Assembly (NCBI GenBank): GCA_965203175.1 | Contig: OZ241867.1 | Span: 4,000,001-4,064,000 of the forward strand | Direction of reading: 5' to 3' | Length of the DNA stretch: 64,000 bases | From: Candidatus Latescibacterota bacterium | GTDB taxonomy: Bacteria; Latescibacterota; UBA2968; UBA8231 | In this document: positions 36,941-45,637 of the stretch, one piece after another | Numbering within the stretch: the first letter of the stretch is position 1 | How the letters are laid out: each line of letters opens with the position of its first letter | Translations under genes and position numbers: made by a program | Notes under the pieces: generated by a model | The model's database searches: none | What the model saw: only the letters and a program-made list of their open reading frames with translations | Told to the model about the DNA's origin: nothing

Positions 36941-37831
36941 ATGAAAAACTCATTTGTTTTTTTGTTAGTCTTGGGATTTGCGCTGCCCGGATCCGCACAT
37001 GGAGACTCGGTAAGTCTGGGCGACCTAAAGACCCAATACCGCGCCTTGGAAAGCCAACGCGATTCCCTCGCCGGCCAGCGCTTGCGGGTTGAGGCCGAAG
37101 CTGAAGCACTGTCGGCTAGCATCGACAGCCTGAAGCTGAGTGCACCGAATTCCGCGGCGCTGCAGGAAGCTCTGCTCTCCTCGCTTGGGTTGGTGCAGCG
37201 CATGGTCGAGATCGAGTGGAAGTTGGTGGCTTTAGAGGCGCGGCAGGATAGTTTGGCCGAGCGCTTGTGCCTCGCCTATGACTGGGAAATCGGTGTGCTC
37301 ATCCAGAAGTTGGCCGAGCAACCAGATCAAGGCCTGTCGATCCAACTCACGCTCTATCAGGAGGCACGGGAACAGCTCGGGGTCGGGATCCGCAGCGCCA
37401 ACCTGCACTACAGCGAGCAGATGAAGATTGAGGTAGAAGATGGGCCGGACGAGATCCAGCAAAAGCAAGAGTTATTGGAGGATATCGCCGACCGCCTCAA
37501 GGCCGAATGGAGCGCTAACGCCGACCTGTTGCGTCGCTTAGAGGCCGAGTACCGGCTGTGCGCTAGGGCGGAGCAGGCGCGGGCCAAAGCACAGCGGGCC
37601 GAAGAGCGGGTTTTGGTGAGTGGGGAACAGCCACAGGAGCAAGTGCGGCTTCTCAGGCAAGACGAGTCCTTGGCCGAATTTGATCTCGAATCGTCGATTG
37701 CCGAAGTCGCACTGAAAATTCACAAGCTGAAGGCCCGCCAACAGGAAATCCTGCAGCTACAGGCCGTGGTCGAAGAACGCGCCGAGGCGTTCCGGCGCTA
37801 CTTGCGCAGCATGTTAGAGGGTGAGGAATAG
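36941..37831 (+). CDS. Exported coiled-coil hypothetical protein
   Basis: Signal peptide MKNSFVFLLVLGFALPGSAHG; long heptad-rich E/Q/L/R sequence. Confidence 0.65.
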   Translation: MKNSFVFLLVLGFALPGSAHGDSVSLGDLKTQYRALESQRDSLAGQRLRVEAEAEALSASIDSLKLSAPNSAALQEALLSSLGLVQRMVEIEWKLVALEARQDSLAERLCLAYDWEIGVLIQKLAEQPDQGLSIQLTLYQEAREQLGVGIRSANLHYSEQMKIEVEDGPDEIQQKQELLEDIADRLKAEWSANADLLRRLEAEYRLCARAEQARAKAQRAEERVLVSGEQPQEQVRLLRQDESLAEFDLESSIAEVALKIHKLKARQQEILQLQAVVEERAEAFRRYLRSMLEGEE

Positions 37832-37873
37832 TCCGCACCGGATGGGATGTAGGGATTTGCAGGGTGAGGAGCC

Positions 37874-38230
37874 TCACTCACCCGCGTGCAATCCTCGGCT
37901 GACTTCCACTACATTGTCTCGCGTCGCGCCAAAGGCGCATTTGAGCCGTTGATAAGCTGCCCACGGGTCTGTCTGGTGGCCGCAAGTAAAGAGGTCGAGA
38001 GCGGCATAACCGCGCTCGGGCCACGTGTGGATGGCCAAGTGGCTCTCCTGGACGATGAGCACGCCGGTGACTCCTCCCGGAGTGAAACGATGGAATGCAG
38101 TGCCCAAGACGCGGGTGCCGGCCGCTTTGGCCGCGGCCTGCAGCTCGGCTGCGATATAATCTGGGTCGTCGAGCCGTGCGCGGTCGCAGCCGTAGAGATC
38201 GACGAGTAGATGGCGGCCTATGGCCTGCAT
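37874..38230 (-). CDS. speD: S-adenosylmethionine decarboxylase proenzyme (pyruvoyl)
   Basis: 'GRHLLVDLYGC', 'HRF.PGGVTGV', 'QESHLAIHTWPE', 'DLFTCG'. Confidence 0.93.
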   Translation of the reverse strand: MQAIGRHLLVDLYGCDRARLDDPDYIAAELQAAAKAAGTRVLGTAFHRFTPGGVTGVLIVQESHLAIHTWPERGYAALDLFTCGHQTDPWAAYQRLKCAFGATRDNVVEVSRGLHAGE

Positions 38231-38281
38231 TGGAGCGCGCTTGAGCGTGGGTACAGAGACTTGTAAGCTGCAACCAGGCCC

Positions 38282-38470
38282 TCAGACATATTCGACGATG
38301 TCAGTGGGCAGGCACTTGAGATCCCGGCATATATTGGAGAGGGTGTACGGGTCCATGTCCTCCGTGCCTTGGTCGATGGCCTTTTTGATGTGCTGATAGG
38401 TGGTCAGGTTGATTTCGGGTTTGCGCTCTTCGAGCATCTGTTCGATCGCTTCTTTCTTAAAGCGGATCAT
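38282..38470 (-). CDS. Small Cro/C1-type (YozG-like) HTH protein
   Basis: C-terminus 'TLSNICRDLKCLPTDIVEY'; strong RBS AGGAGG. Confidence 0.6.
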   Translation of the reverse strand: MIRFKKEAIEQMLEERKPEINLTTYQHIKKAIDQGTEDMDPYTLSNICRDLKCLPTDIVEYV

Positions 38471-38529
38471 GCGACCTCCTCGCTTGCGGGTGGGCTAAGT
38501 AAGTAAGGTCAGGCTGCGGCTGCCGTCAA

Positions 38530-38560
38530 AGTAGGGGGCGGTTTGAAACCGCCCCCTACT
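38530..38560. repeat. GTAG-family REP-like palindrome, also a possible terminator
   Basis: AGTAGGGGGCGGTTT-g-AAACCGCCCCCTACT perfect inverted repeat overlapping the permease stop codon. Confidence 0.7.
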
Positions 38561-39806
38561 ATTCGTAGCGCAGGGCGTCTATGGGGTTGAGGAGGGCGGC
38601 TTGGTAGGCTGGGTAGATACCGAAACCAATGCCGACCGCGGCCGAAACCCCAAAGGCGAGGGCAATCGTCCAGGGCTGAACGATGGTGCGCCAGCCCGCG
38701 TACAAAGTGATCGCTTCCGGGATGGCGTAGCCCAGCACGACCCCAATCAGGCCGCCGATTAGGCTGACCAACAGCGCTTCGACCAAAAACTGCGCGAGGA
38801 TGTCGCGCTGGCGCGCGCCCACGGCGAGGCGGAGGCCGATTTCGCGCGTGCGCTCAAGCACGGAGGCCAACATGATATTCATGATGCCGATGCCGCCGAC
38901 TAACAGGGAGATGCCGGCGATGCAGCCCATGACGATGTTGAAGATCTGCTGCGTTTTCTGGCTTTGGCGCAACAACTCTTCGGGAATGGCGATCTTGAAG
39001 TCCTCGACGCCGCGATGCCGCCGGTTGAGGATGGTGCGGACGATGGCTGCGGCCTCTGGCAATTGGTCGGAGTTGGGGATCTTGACGGTGATTTGGGTCA
39101 GCTCGGGCTCGCCCGCCTCTCGATGGAAGCGGTTGAGCAGGGCCGTCAGCGGGACGTAGATGTCCTCGTCGGTGTTGCGCACTTCGAGCACGCCGCCGAT
39201 TTTGCCGCCGGCCGCGCCCTTGTCTTCGAGCACGCCGATGACCGTAAACCACTGGTTGCGGATTTTGACCCGGCCGCCCAAGGGATTGTCAAAAAAGAAC
39301 AGCGCCCGTTTGGCGTCTGCGCCCAACACGCAGACGCGCTTGGCGGTGTTCAGGTCTTCGGTAGAAAAAAACACTCCGCTGCCCATGCGGGCGTCGAGTA
39401 CGGTCAGATAATCGGGGGTCGTGCCCACCGCCATGGTGCGGAAGGTGTGGTCTTGGGCTTGGGCTTTGACTTTGACCTCGCGCTGGGGGGTGACGTAGTC
39501 CGCCAAAAGGCAGATGCGGGCAATCGACCGCGCATCGTCCCAAGTCAGGCCCGGAGAGCGATTATGGTCGGCATCGGCCGCTTCGATCCCCTCGTCGGCT
39601 TCTTTTTCCCAGTGTTGGACGATAATATTGCTAATGCCCATCTGACGGATTTGTTCGAGGGATTCCTGCTTGGCGCCCTCGCCGATGGAGAGCATGGCAA
39701 TGACCGCGGCCACGCCGAAGATGATACCGAGCATAGTCAGCAGGGTCCGCAGCTTGTGCGAGAGCAGGCCGACTAGGCTCAAAGAGGCGGTTTCGCGTAG
39801 ATCCAT
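38559..39806 (-). CDS. MacB/FtsX-family ABC transporter permease
   Basis: 'LRTLLTMLGIIFGVAAVIAMLSIGEG', 'ISLLVGGIGIMNIML.SV.ERTREIG', 'PIDALRYE'. Confidence 0.95.
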   Translation of the reverse strand: MDLRETASLSLVGLLSHKLRTLLTMLGIIFGVAAVIAMLSIGEGAKQESLEQIRQMGISNIIVQHWEKEADEGIEAADADHNRSPGLTWDDARSIARICLLADYVTPQREVKVKAQAQDHTFRTMAVGTTPDYLTVLDARMGSGVFFSTEDLNTAKRVCVLGADAKRALFFFDNPLGGRVKIRNQWFTVIGVLEDKGAAGGKIGGVLEVRNTDEDIYVPLTALLNRFHREAGEPELTQITVKIPNSDQLPEAAAIVRTILNRRHRGVEDFKIAIPEELLRQSQKTQQIFNIVMGCIAGISLLVGGIGIMNIMLASVLERTREIGLRLAVGARQRDILAQFLVEALLVSLIGGLIGVVLGYAIPEAITLYAGWRTIVQPWTIALAFGVSAAVGIGFGIYPAYQAALLNPIDALRYE

Positions 39807-39814
39807 TCGTGCGC

Positions 39815-41161
39815 CTAGGGCGAGGGCAAGGCGTCGGCCGATTCCATGAGGCCGCTGGTGTCGGTCGCTTGGAGCGGATCGCGCAGGGTGATGTGATCGT
39901 CGGGTGCAAGCCCTTCTTCGACGATGACAAAGTCCTCGTTTTTCTGGCCCAGCTTCACTTCCCGTTCCTCGGGCTGACCGCCCACTAGACGATAGACGAG
40001 GGTGCGTCCATCTTTCTCAAAGATCGCGTCTAGGGGGATGTAGAGGGGCATAGGCGCGGCACTAGCGACCTCGGCGGTGGCCTCGTGTTGCACGGAGTCT
40101 GGAGTGGCCGCTGGCCTAGGTGGGATGGTCTCGACGATGACGTGAGACGTGGCGGTCATGCCGGGTTTGAGGCGGACATCTTCTTCTTCGATTTGGATGA
40201 TCACGTCGAAGACTTTGACGTTTTTTTCACCTTCTTTCTCGCGGCCGAGCGAGGCGATGCTCTTGATTTTGCCGTGGAACGTTGGTTCGGGCAGAGCGTC
40301 GAGCTTGATGGTGGCGACTTGGCCGGTGTCGAGCTTATCGACCTCGATCTCGTTGACGTACGTTTTGACCTGCATGTGGGAGAGGTCGGGCAGAGAAATG
40401 ACGTTGACGCCGCCCCATATCTCGTCGCCGACGCGGATCTTTTCCGGCCGCTCGCCCTTCCACACCTTGCCGTACACGACTAAACCGGGCTTTTCGGCCT
40501 TGATGGTCGTGCTTGCCAGATCGTCGCGCGACTTTTTCAAATCGCGCTCTTGGCGTTCGATGTTGAGTTGGCGCTTTTTGACTTCAGCGGCGTTGACGAT
40601 TTTTTGCGAGGCCAGTTTTTCGATGGCCTGCTGATGGCTCAGCTTGGCTTTGTGGGCCTCGATTTCGGCTTCTTCCTTTTGCACGGTGGCCTCAAAGACC
40701 ATGCGCTCGACCGTTAGCTCGGCCAAGCGCAAATTGGCCTCCTCGTTGGCAATATCGGCTTCGAGCTTGGCGATTTCGGCCTTTTGGGTGGCTAGCGTTT
40801 TTTCTAGGTCGGCCTTAGCGGACTCGACCTCCTGTTCGGCGTCCATGACCCGCTTCTGAAAATCCGTCTGTTCAAATTGGACCAATAGGTCGCCGACTGC
40901 GACCTGCTCTCCTTCGGGAAACAACTCGACGATTTTGAGCTGGCCTCTAACGCGAGGCGCGACGACGTTTTCAGCCTCTACCGCTTCCAACTCGCCGCCT
41001 TTGAGCTTGAGTTCGATGACGAATTCGCCCTGCTGGACTGGGTACGTGGGGATGGAGGATTCGGCTTCGTCGGGCATCAAGTACCCACCAAGCCAAACTC
41101 CCCCCAGGACGACGGCTAAGAGTAGGCAGAGGATCCACCATAGGCGTTTGATCTGTGTCAT
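39815..41161 (-). CDS. Efflux periplasmic adaptor (MFP) 1
   Basis: N-terminal TM, lipoyl-like 'EGEQVAVGDLL', coiled hairpin, 'LKPGMTA', 'GLAPDD'. Confidence 0.9.
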   Translation of the reverse strand: MTQIKRLWWILCLLLAVVLGGVWLGGYLMPDEAESSIPTYPVQQGEFVIELKLKGGELEAVEAENVVAPRVRGQLKIVELFPEGEQVAVGDLLVQFEQTDFQKRVMDAEQEVESAKADLEKTLATQKAEIAKLEADIANEEANLRLAELTVERMVFEATVQKEEAEIEAHKAKLSHQQAIEKLASQKIVNAAEVKKRQLNIERQERDLKKSRDDLASTTIKAEKPGLVVYGKVWKGERPEKIRVGDEIWGGVNVISLPDLSHMQVKTYVNEIEVDKLDTGQVATIKLDALPEPTFHGKIKSIASLGREKEGEKNVKVFDVIIQIEEEDVRLKPGMTATSHVIVETIPPRPAATPDSVQHEATAEVASAAPMPLYIPLDAIFEKDGRTLVYRLVGGQPEEREVKLGQKNEDFVIVEEGLAPDDHITLRDPLQATDTSGLMESADALPSP

Positions 41162-41174
41162 AAGCTTTTCCACT

Positions 41175-42356
41175 TCAGCGCGCATTGGGGTCTTGCAGGG
41201 CGACGATATCGCCTTCGGCCAAGCCAGAGGTGACGACCGCCGCGGTGGCATTTTTGTGCCCGATCACTACGGGCACTTCCGCAAATTTTCCGTTGGCGAG
41301 GCGGAAAGCGACGAAGCCCTCCTCCCGCTCGAAGAGGGCATTCAGCGGCACTGAGAGGGCCTCGGGGACGGTTTCGAGGACGATTTCGACTTCCGCGGAC
41401 ATGCCCGGCTTGAGCCGCTCGTCTTGCTCGTCGACGTCGATGACCAGCTCGAAGACGCGGATATCCGGCGCACCGGGCTGGGGCGAGGCCATGGGCGCTA
41501 GTTCGGACACCATTCCATTAAAGACCGGGCCGGGAAAGGCTTCGAGCCGGATGTAGGCCCGCTGGCCGACGCGCACGCGCTCGATGTCCATTTCGCCGAT
41601 CAGGCAGAGCACTTGCATCTTGCGCAAATCGGGTATTTCGAGCAAGGCCCGCCCGCCCCAGACTTGGTCGCCGACCGCGACTTTGCCCTCCTCGTCGGTA
41701 CCTGGTTTCCAGATTTTGCGATAGACCACAATACCTGGTTTGGCCGCATAGATGCTCGTGCGCTCGTAATCGCGTCGCGCCCTTTCGTAGCGCTCCTGCC
41801 TCCGGGCGATGTTCAGCTCGTGCTTGCGAAAATCCACGCGATTGACCACTTGTTGGGCTACGGATTCCTGCCGCGCTTCCGCCACGGCGCGCCGGGCCTT
41901 TTGCAAATTGATGCGCCCTTGCTCTTGGTCGATGGTCGAGGCGAACTGCTGGCGTTCTTGGTTGAGCGCGGCGAGTTTGAGCTCGGCCTGCCGCTGTTGG
42001 ATCTTGCGCTTGATGTCGGCTAGTCGTTGCTCGCGCTCGGCCTTGGCCTTGGTGAAGTCGGAATGGGCCTGTTCGAGCTGGCCCTCGCGGTCGAGCATCT
42101 CCCGTTCAAACTCGGCTGGGTCGAACTGGAGGATCAAGTCGCCGACATCCACTTGCTCGCCCTCGGGCCAGAGGTGAATGATTTTGAGCCGGCCGCCGAT
42201 CCGCGGCGACGCCACGACTTCGCCGCTGGCCGCGCGCACCTCGCCTCCCTCAAAGTGCGTTACTGCAAAATCGCCGCGTTCGATTTCGACCGTAGGCAGG
42301 TCGGGTGGCGCGCCCCGACAGGCGCACAGCACTAGAGCGCAAAAGACCGCTTTCAC
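41175..42356 (-). CDS. Efflux periplasmic adaptor (MFP) 2, probable lipoprotein
   Basis: 'LCAC' lipobox, 'EGEQVDVGDLI', 'LKPGMSAEV', 'GLAEGDIV'. Confidence 0.9.
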   Translation of the reverse strand: MKAVFCALVLCACRGAPPDLPTVEIERGDFAVTHFEGGEVRAASGEVVASPRIGGRLKIIHLWPEGEQVDVGDLILQFDPAEFEREMLDREGQLEQAHSDFTKAKAEREQRLADIKRKIQQRQAELKLAALNQERQQFASTIDQEQGRINLQKARRAVAEARQESVAQQVVNRVDFRKHELNIARRQERYERARRDYERTSIYAAKPGIVVYRKIWKPGTDEEGKVAVGDQVWGGRALLEIPDLRKMQVLCLIGEMDIERVRVGQRAYIRLEAFPGPVFNGMVSELAPMASPQPGAPDIRVFELVIDVDEQDERLKPGMSAEVEIVLETVPEALSVPLNALFEREEGFVAFRLANGKFAEVPVVIGHKNATAAVVTSGLAEGDIVALQDPNAR

Positions 42357-43012
42357 TGGGCGGTCTCCTCAACCGCTAGCACTTGCGTCCGCTCCAGCCA
42401 CCCTGCCGCAGACGCTGGCGGCTGGCGCACGCGGACATAGCCCGCTCGCTCTTCCTCGACGAGCAAGACTGCGCCCGCCTCGACACGGGTCAGCACCGGA
42501 GCGCTGGGAACAGGGGCTGCGCGCAGCACGCCGCCGGTGGGTGCGTACACCATGCGTTCGACAAAATCGTCAACCGTGGCTCTAAACACAGCCATGGCGT
42601 CGTGGGCCAAGTCGCCGTGGGGCGCGACCCGCACGGCGGCCAGCTTACTGTAACGCCAAGTGATTCCGGCACCTGTCAACCCACTCTGGGTGCGGAGATG
42701 GGCCAGCTCGGGCACCGGAGCAGATGCCTTGGGACCGGCTGCGGTAAAGACCGCGGTGACCAAGGTCTCGGTTTCGGGGTTGTAGGGGCTGGGCTGGGCC
42801 TGCCAGCGGAGCAGTTGGCCGTCTTCGTACGCTTGTAGGATATAGGCGCGGGTGAGTTCGTCGAAGCTGGCCGCAATGCCCCGGTATTCGCACTCGGCGC
42901 GTTGCAAGTCGTCGATGTCGCGGGCCATATCGCGCACGACGCTTGGGTTGGGAGAGGGAAGTAGGACGAGGGCGGGCGCGAGTATCGTCTTGAGAGTGCG
43001 GGCGGCTAACAT
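42353..43012 (-). CDS. Hypothetical protein with C-terminal SH3b domain
   Basis: 'LRAAP..SAPVL..V..G..L....E..GYVRVR.....GWL'. Confidence 0.6.
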   Translation of the reverse strand: MLAARTLKTILAPALVLLPSPNPSVVRDMARDIDDLQRAECEYRGIAASFDELTRAYILQAYEDGQLLRWQAQPSPYNPETETLVTAVFTAAGPKASAPVPELAHLRTQSGLTGAGITWRYSKLAAVRVAPHGDLAHDAMAVFRATVDDFVERMVYAPTGGVLRAAPVPSAPVLTRVEAGAVLLVEEERAGYVRVRQPPASAAGWLERTQVLAVEETAQ

Positions 43013-43028
43013 GGCGTTGGGTATAAAG

Positions 43029-43057
43029 ATGCTAGCTTAGCGGGGTATCATTGTCAA
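43029..43057 (-). promoter_or_regulatory. Putative sigma-70 promoter for the SH3-efflux operon
   Basis: Minus strand TTGACA-17 bp-TAGCAT. Confidence 0.55.
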
Positions 43058-43181
43058 GAAGCGGAGAGGAATGGACGCGAGGACGCTACAAGGTTGGGAA
43101 TCGGCTGCCAACATGTGCTTTGGGCGCAGATGCAAGCGAGTGCGTATATTTTGTTGCCCAAGCAAGGAGAGCACGCCACCC

Positions 43182-44063
43182 GTGATCTTAGCCCTGCCAA
43201 CAGACAAGCTGACGCCGCGCACAGCCGACGAATTCCTCGTAGAGTTTCTCGACTATGCACACGGAGCCGTGCCCGGGCAGCCCTTGGAAGTCGATTTGCG
43301 GCCCTTGCACTTCATCGACCCATACGGTTTGGTGACTTTGTGCTTGATGGCGCGCTATGGGGACGCGCTCTCGTCGCGGGTCGTCTTCCACCTGCCCGAA
43401 GCCTTTGCCTTGCGAACGTATTTGGGACGAGTGCGGTTCGCCGAGGCTGTGGATGAGGTAGAACTCGCCGGGCCGACGCTCATCGTGGATCAGGAGCGGG
43501 AAAAGGAAGAGAGCGAGGCTCTGCTGGAAATCACGCGGATTGAGGAGCGGGCGGATATCGAGACTGTGTTGGGCAAAATCGGCCAGCGCGTAGAGGCGAT
43601 CCTGGCCGAGGAATTGCGCTACACCGAAGTGGAGATCAACCAGTTCAAAAACGTCGTCGCTGAGTTGTGCCACAACATTCTCGACCACAGCGAGAATTGG
43701 GGCTATCTCACGGCCCAGCGCTACTTGGATTCGCGGGTGGGGAAAAAATACGTGGTCATCGGAGTGGGGGATCTTGGGATCGGGATCAAGAAGAGTCTGT
43801 CGGTGCGCTATGACGCGGCGGATTGGTCGCACGGCACGGCCATACTCAACTCGTTGCAGAAGCACTTTTCCCGCGACGCGACCCGCGGCCTCGGGCTGTA
43901 TATCGTCAATCAGATTTGCAATCGCTACAACGGCTCGTTGCACATCCGCTCGGGGGATACTCGGGTCTATATTCGCGGTCGGCGGCACTGGGAACACGCT
44001 TCAGTCCACTTCCCCGGCACCCAGATTGCCATCGCGCTCTATCAGCGAGAAGGAGGCGAGTAG
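43182..44063 (+). CDS. STAS-like domain fused to a GHKL ATPase (anti-sigma-type Ser kinase-like)
   Basis: N-terminal 'VDLRPLHFIDPYGLVTL'; GHKL boxes 'ELCHNILDHS', 'DLGIGI', 'RGLGL', 'PGTQI'; no HisKA H-box; GTG start after AAGGAG. Confidence 0.75.
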   Translation: MILALPTDKLTPRTADEFLVEFLDYAHGAVPGQPLEVDLRPLHFIDPYGLVTLCLMARYGDALSSRVVFHLPEAFALRTYLGRVRFAEAVDEVELAGPTLIVDQEREKEESEALLEITRIEERADIETVLGKIGQRVEAILAEELRYTEVEINQFKNVVAELCHNILDHSENWGYLTAQRYLDSRVGKKYVVIGVGDLGIGIKKSLSVRYDAADWSHGTAILNSLQKHFSRDATRGLGLYIVNQICNRYNGSLHIRSGDTRVYIRGRRHWEHASVHFPGTQIAIALYQREGGE

Positions 44064-44066
44064 GCG

Positions 44067-44201
44067 ATGTTCGGCCAGCATCACAAGCCCCCCAAACCGC
44101 CCGGCTACGAGCCTTGGTTGCTGTTGGCCCTAGCGGTGGTCATCGCCGGCCTCGGCGTGGCCGCATACGTGGCCGCGGGCATTTTATTTCCCGGCTTCTA
44201 G
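44067..44201 (+). CDS. 44-aa single-TM protein (absent from the ORF track)
   Basis: MFGQHHKPPKPPGYEPWLLLALAVVIAGLGVAAYVAAGILFPGF*; ATG 3 nt after the kinase stop, AGGAGG upstream. Confidence 0.55.
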   Translation: MFGQHHKPPKPPGYEPWLLLALAVVIAGLGVAAYVAAGILFPGF

Positions 44202-44258
44202 CCCCATCATATTGGTATCCATCTGATTCCGCATCGCTTATTTTGTGGTAGAAATTGC

Positions 44259-44313
44259 TTGACAGTCGGGAAATCTCCGCGTAAGTTTCCTTAATTGAAT
44301 ACAGTTAAACTGT
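44259..44313 (+). promoter_or_regulatory. Sigma-70-like promoter with a downstream palindromic operator
   Basis: TTGACA-17 bp-TAAGTT (44259-44287); ACAGT-taa-ACTGT palindrome at 44301-44313. Confidence 0.55.
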
Positions 44314-44340
44314 TTTTTGCTTACAGGAAAGGCGCGGCTC

Positions 44341-44931
44341 ATGGATCCAGCCGTTGAAGAGCGCGTACAACAGCAGGCCATACACCAAGCCCCCGCGTAC
44401 TTTTTCGCGGGCGAACAGGGCATACTCAGTGGCCGACCCCGAGGGGCTGAGTTGCTCGAAGAATTGATGGAGCACCTGCTCAGCGGTCCGACCGCCTCGG
44501 CCACGCCGCTCGACTTTTCCCGCATTTCGTTCATGGATGTCTCGTGCGCCGACGAGATGCTCAACAAGCTGCTCTTGCGTCTGACCAGTGGTGAGATAGG
44601 GCACCGCTACGTCTATATCGCCGGAGCCAATATCTCGGTGCGCGAGACTGTCGCGGCCGTGTTGCAGCTCCGCGAGTTGGCCGCGCTGTACAAAGACGGC
44701 GATCGCGTCGAGGTGCTCGGGGTGCTCAAGACGCCGATGCGCGAGGTGCTCGACGTGTTGCTGGTGCACAAGTGCGCGACCTCGGCCGAGATCTCCGACA
44801 CACTCGGCAAAAACATCAACATCGTCTGCAATCGCCTCAATGCCCTACAACGCCTCGGGTTGGTGTGCCGCCTGCGCGATGGATCAGTCGCCGGCGGTGG
44901 GCGACAATTCTACTATGTCTCGATTGTCTAA
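44341..44931 (+). CDS. STAS-like (DUF4325-like) domain fused to a winged-helix DNA-binding domain
   Basis: 'LDFSRISFMDVSCADE'; C-terminal 'TSAEISDTLGKNINIVCNRLNALQRLGLV...GGRQFYY'. Confidence 0.7.
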   Translation: MDPAVEERVQQQAIHQAPAYFFAGEQGILSGRPRGAELLEELMEHLLSGPTASATPLDFSRISFMDVSCADEMLNKLLLRLTSGEIGHRYVYIAGANISVRETVAAVLQLRELAALYKDGDRVEVLGVLKTPMREVLDVLLVHKCATSAEISDTLGKNINIVCNRLNALQRLGLVCRLRDGSVAGGGRQFYYVSIV

Positions 44932-45586
44932 ATACACCCTAGGAGCGGCCTTAGCCGCCGCCTTGGTCTTGGGAGCCGTGGCGGCCAAGCTGCGCAGCGA
45001 CCACACCTTCGTCGTCGAGGCCAGCGTGGAAAACTTTCGCGACGCGCCCAACGGCGCCAAGCTGGGTACGTTGCTGGCTGGCACGGAGATCGAGTCCATC
45101 GGCGAAGAGGGTCGCTGGGTGCGCTTCCGCGTCGAAGGCTGGGTCTGGGGGCCTTCCTTGCAAGGCTACGTCTCCGAGGAGGACCGCGACGGGTCGGAAG
45201 AGGAGCCGATCCCACCGCTCCAAGACGAACGTCCCCGGATCAAAGAGCTAGTCAACGACCGCTATGGAGTGTTCTATGGGGTCGGACTGGACGAGGATAT
45301 CGGTCGGCTGTGGCTGCGGTTTCGCGTCCGCGACATCGAGCGCGAGGCTTGGGAGCGGCGCGCATTTGCCGTGCAGCGCGGCGCGGCCGAGCTGTTGCAG
45401 GGCCGCGTCAAATTCAGCGAAATCCGCATTGAGACCAATCGGCCCGACGGCAGCGGCGAGGTGGGCCAGTACATCGCCGCGACTGCGGCTGCCGACTTAG
45501 CTAGCGCTGGCGAAGATTGGGCGGCGTGGCGGCAGCACACGCGCTTTTCGATTGATGGGGGCGAAACGTGGGAAGAGGCCGAATAA
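44915..45586 (+). CDS. Exported/membrane-anchored SH3-like hypothetical protein
   Basis: Hydrophobic N-terminus; 'NFRDAPNGAKLGTL..G......EEGRWVRFRVEGWVW'. Confidence 0.6.
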   Translation: MSRLSKYTLGAALAAALVLGAVAAKLRSDHTFVVEASVENFRDAPNGAKLGTLLAGTEIESIGEEGRWVRFRVEGWVWGPSLQGYVSEEDRDGSEEEPIPPLQDERPRIKELVNDRYGVFYGVGLDEDIGRLWLRFRVRDIEREAWERRAFAVQRGAAELLQGRVKFSEIRIETNRPDGSGEVGQYIAATAAADLASAGEDWAAWRQHTRFSIDGGETWEEAE

Positions 45587-45637
45587 ATGCGCGCATCGCG
45601 ACGGGGCCGGTCCAAGATTGCCCGCAAGGCTAATGCC

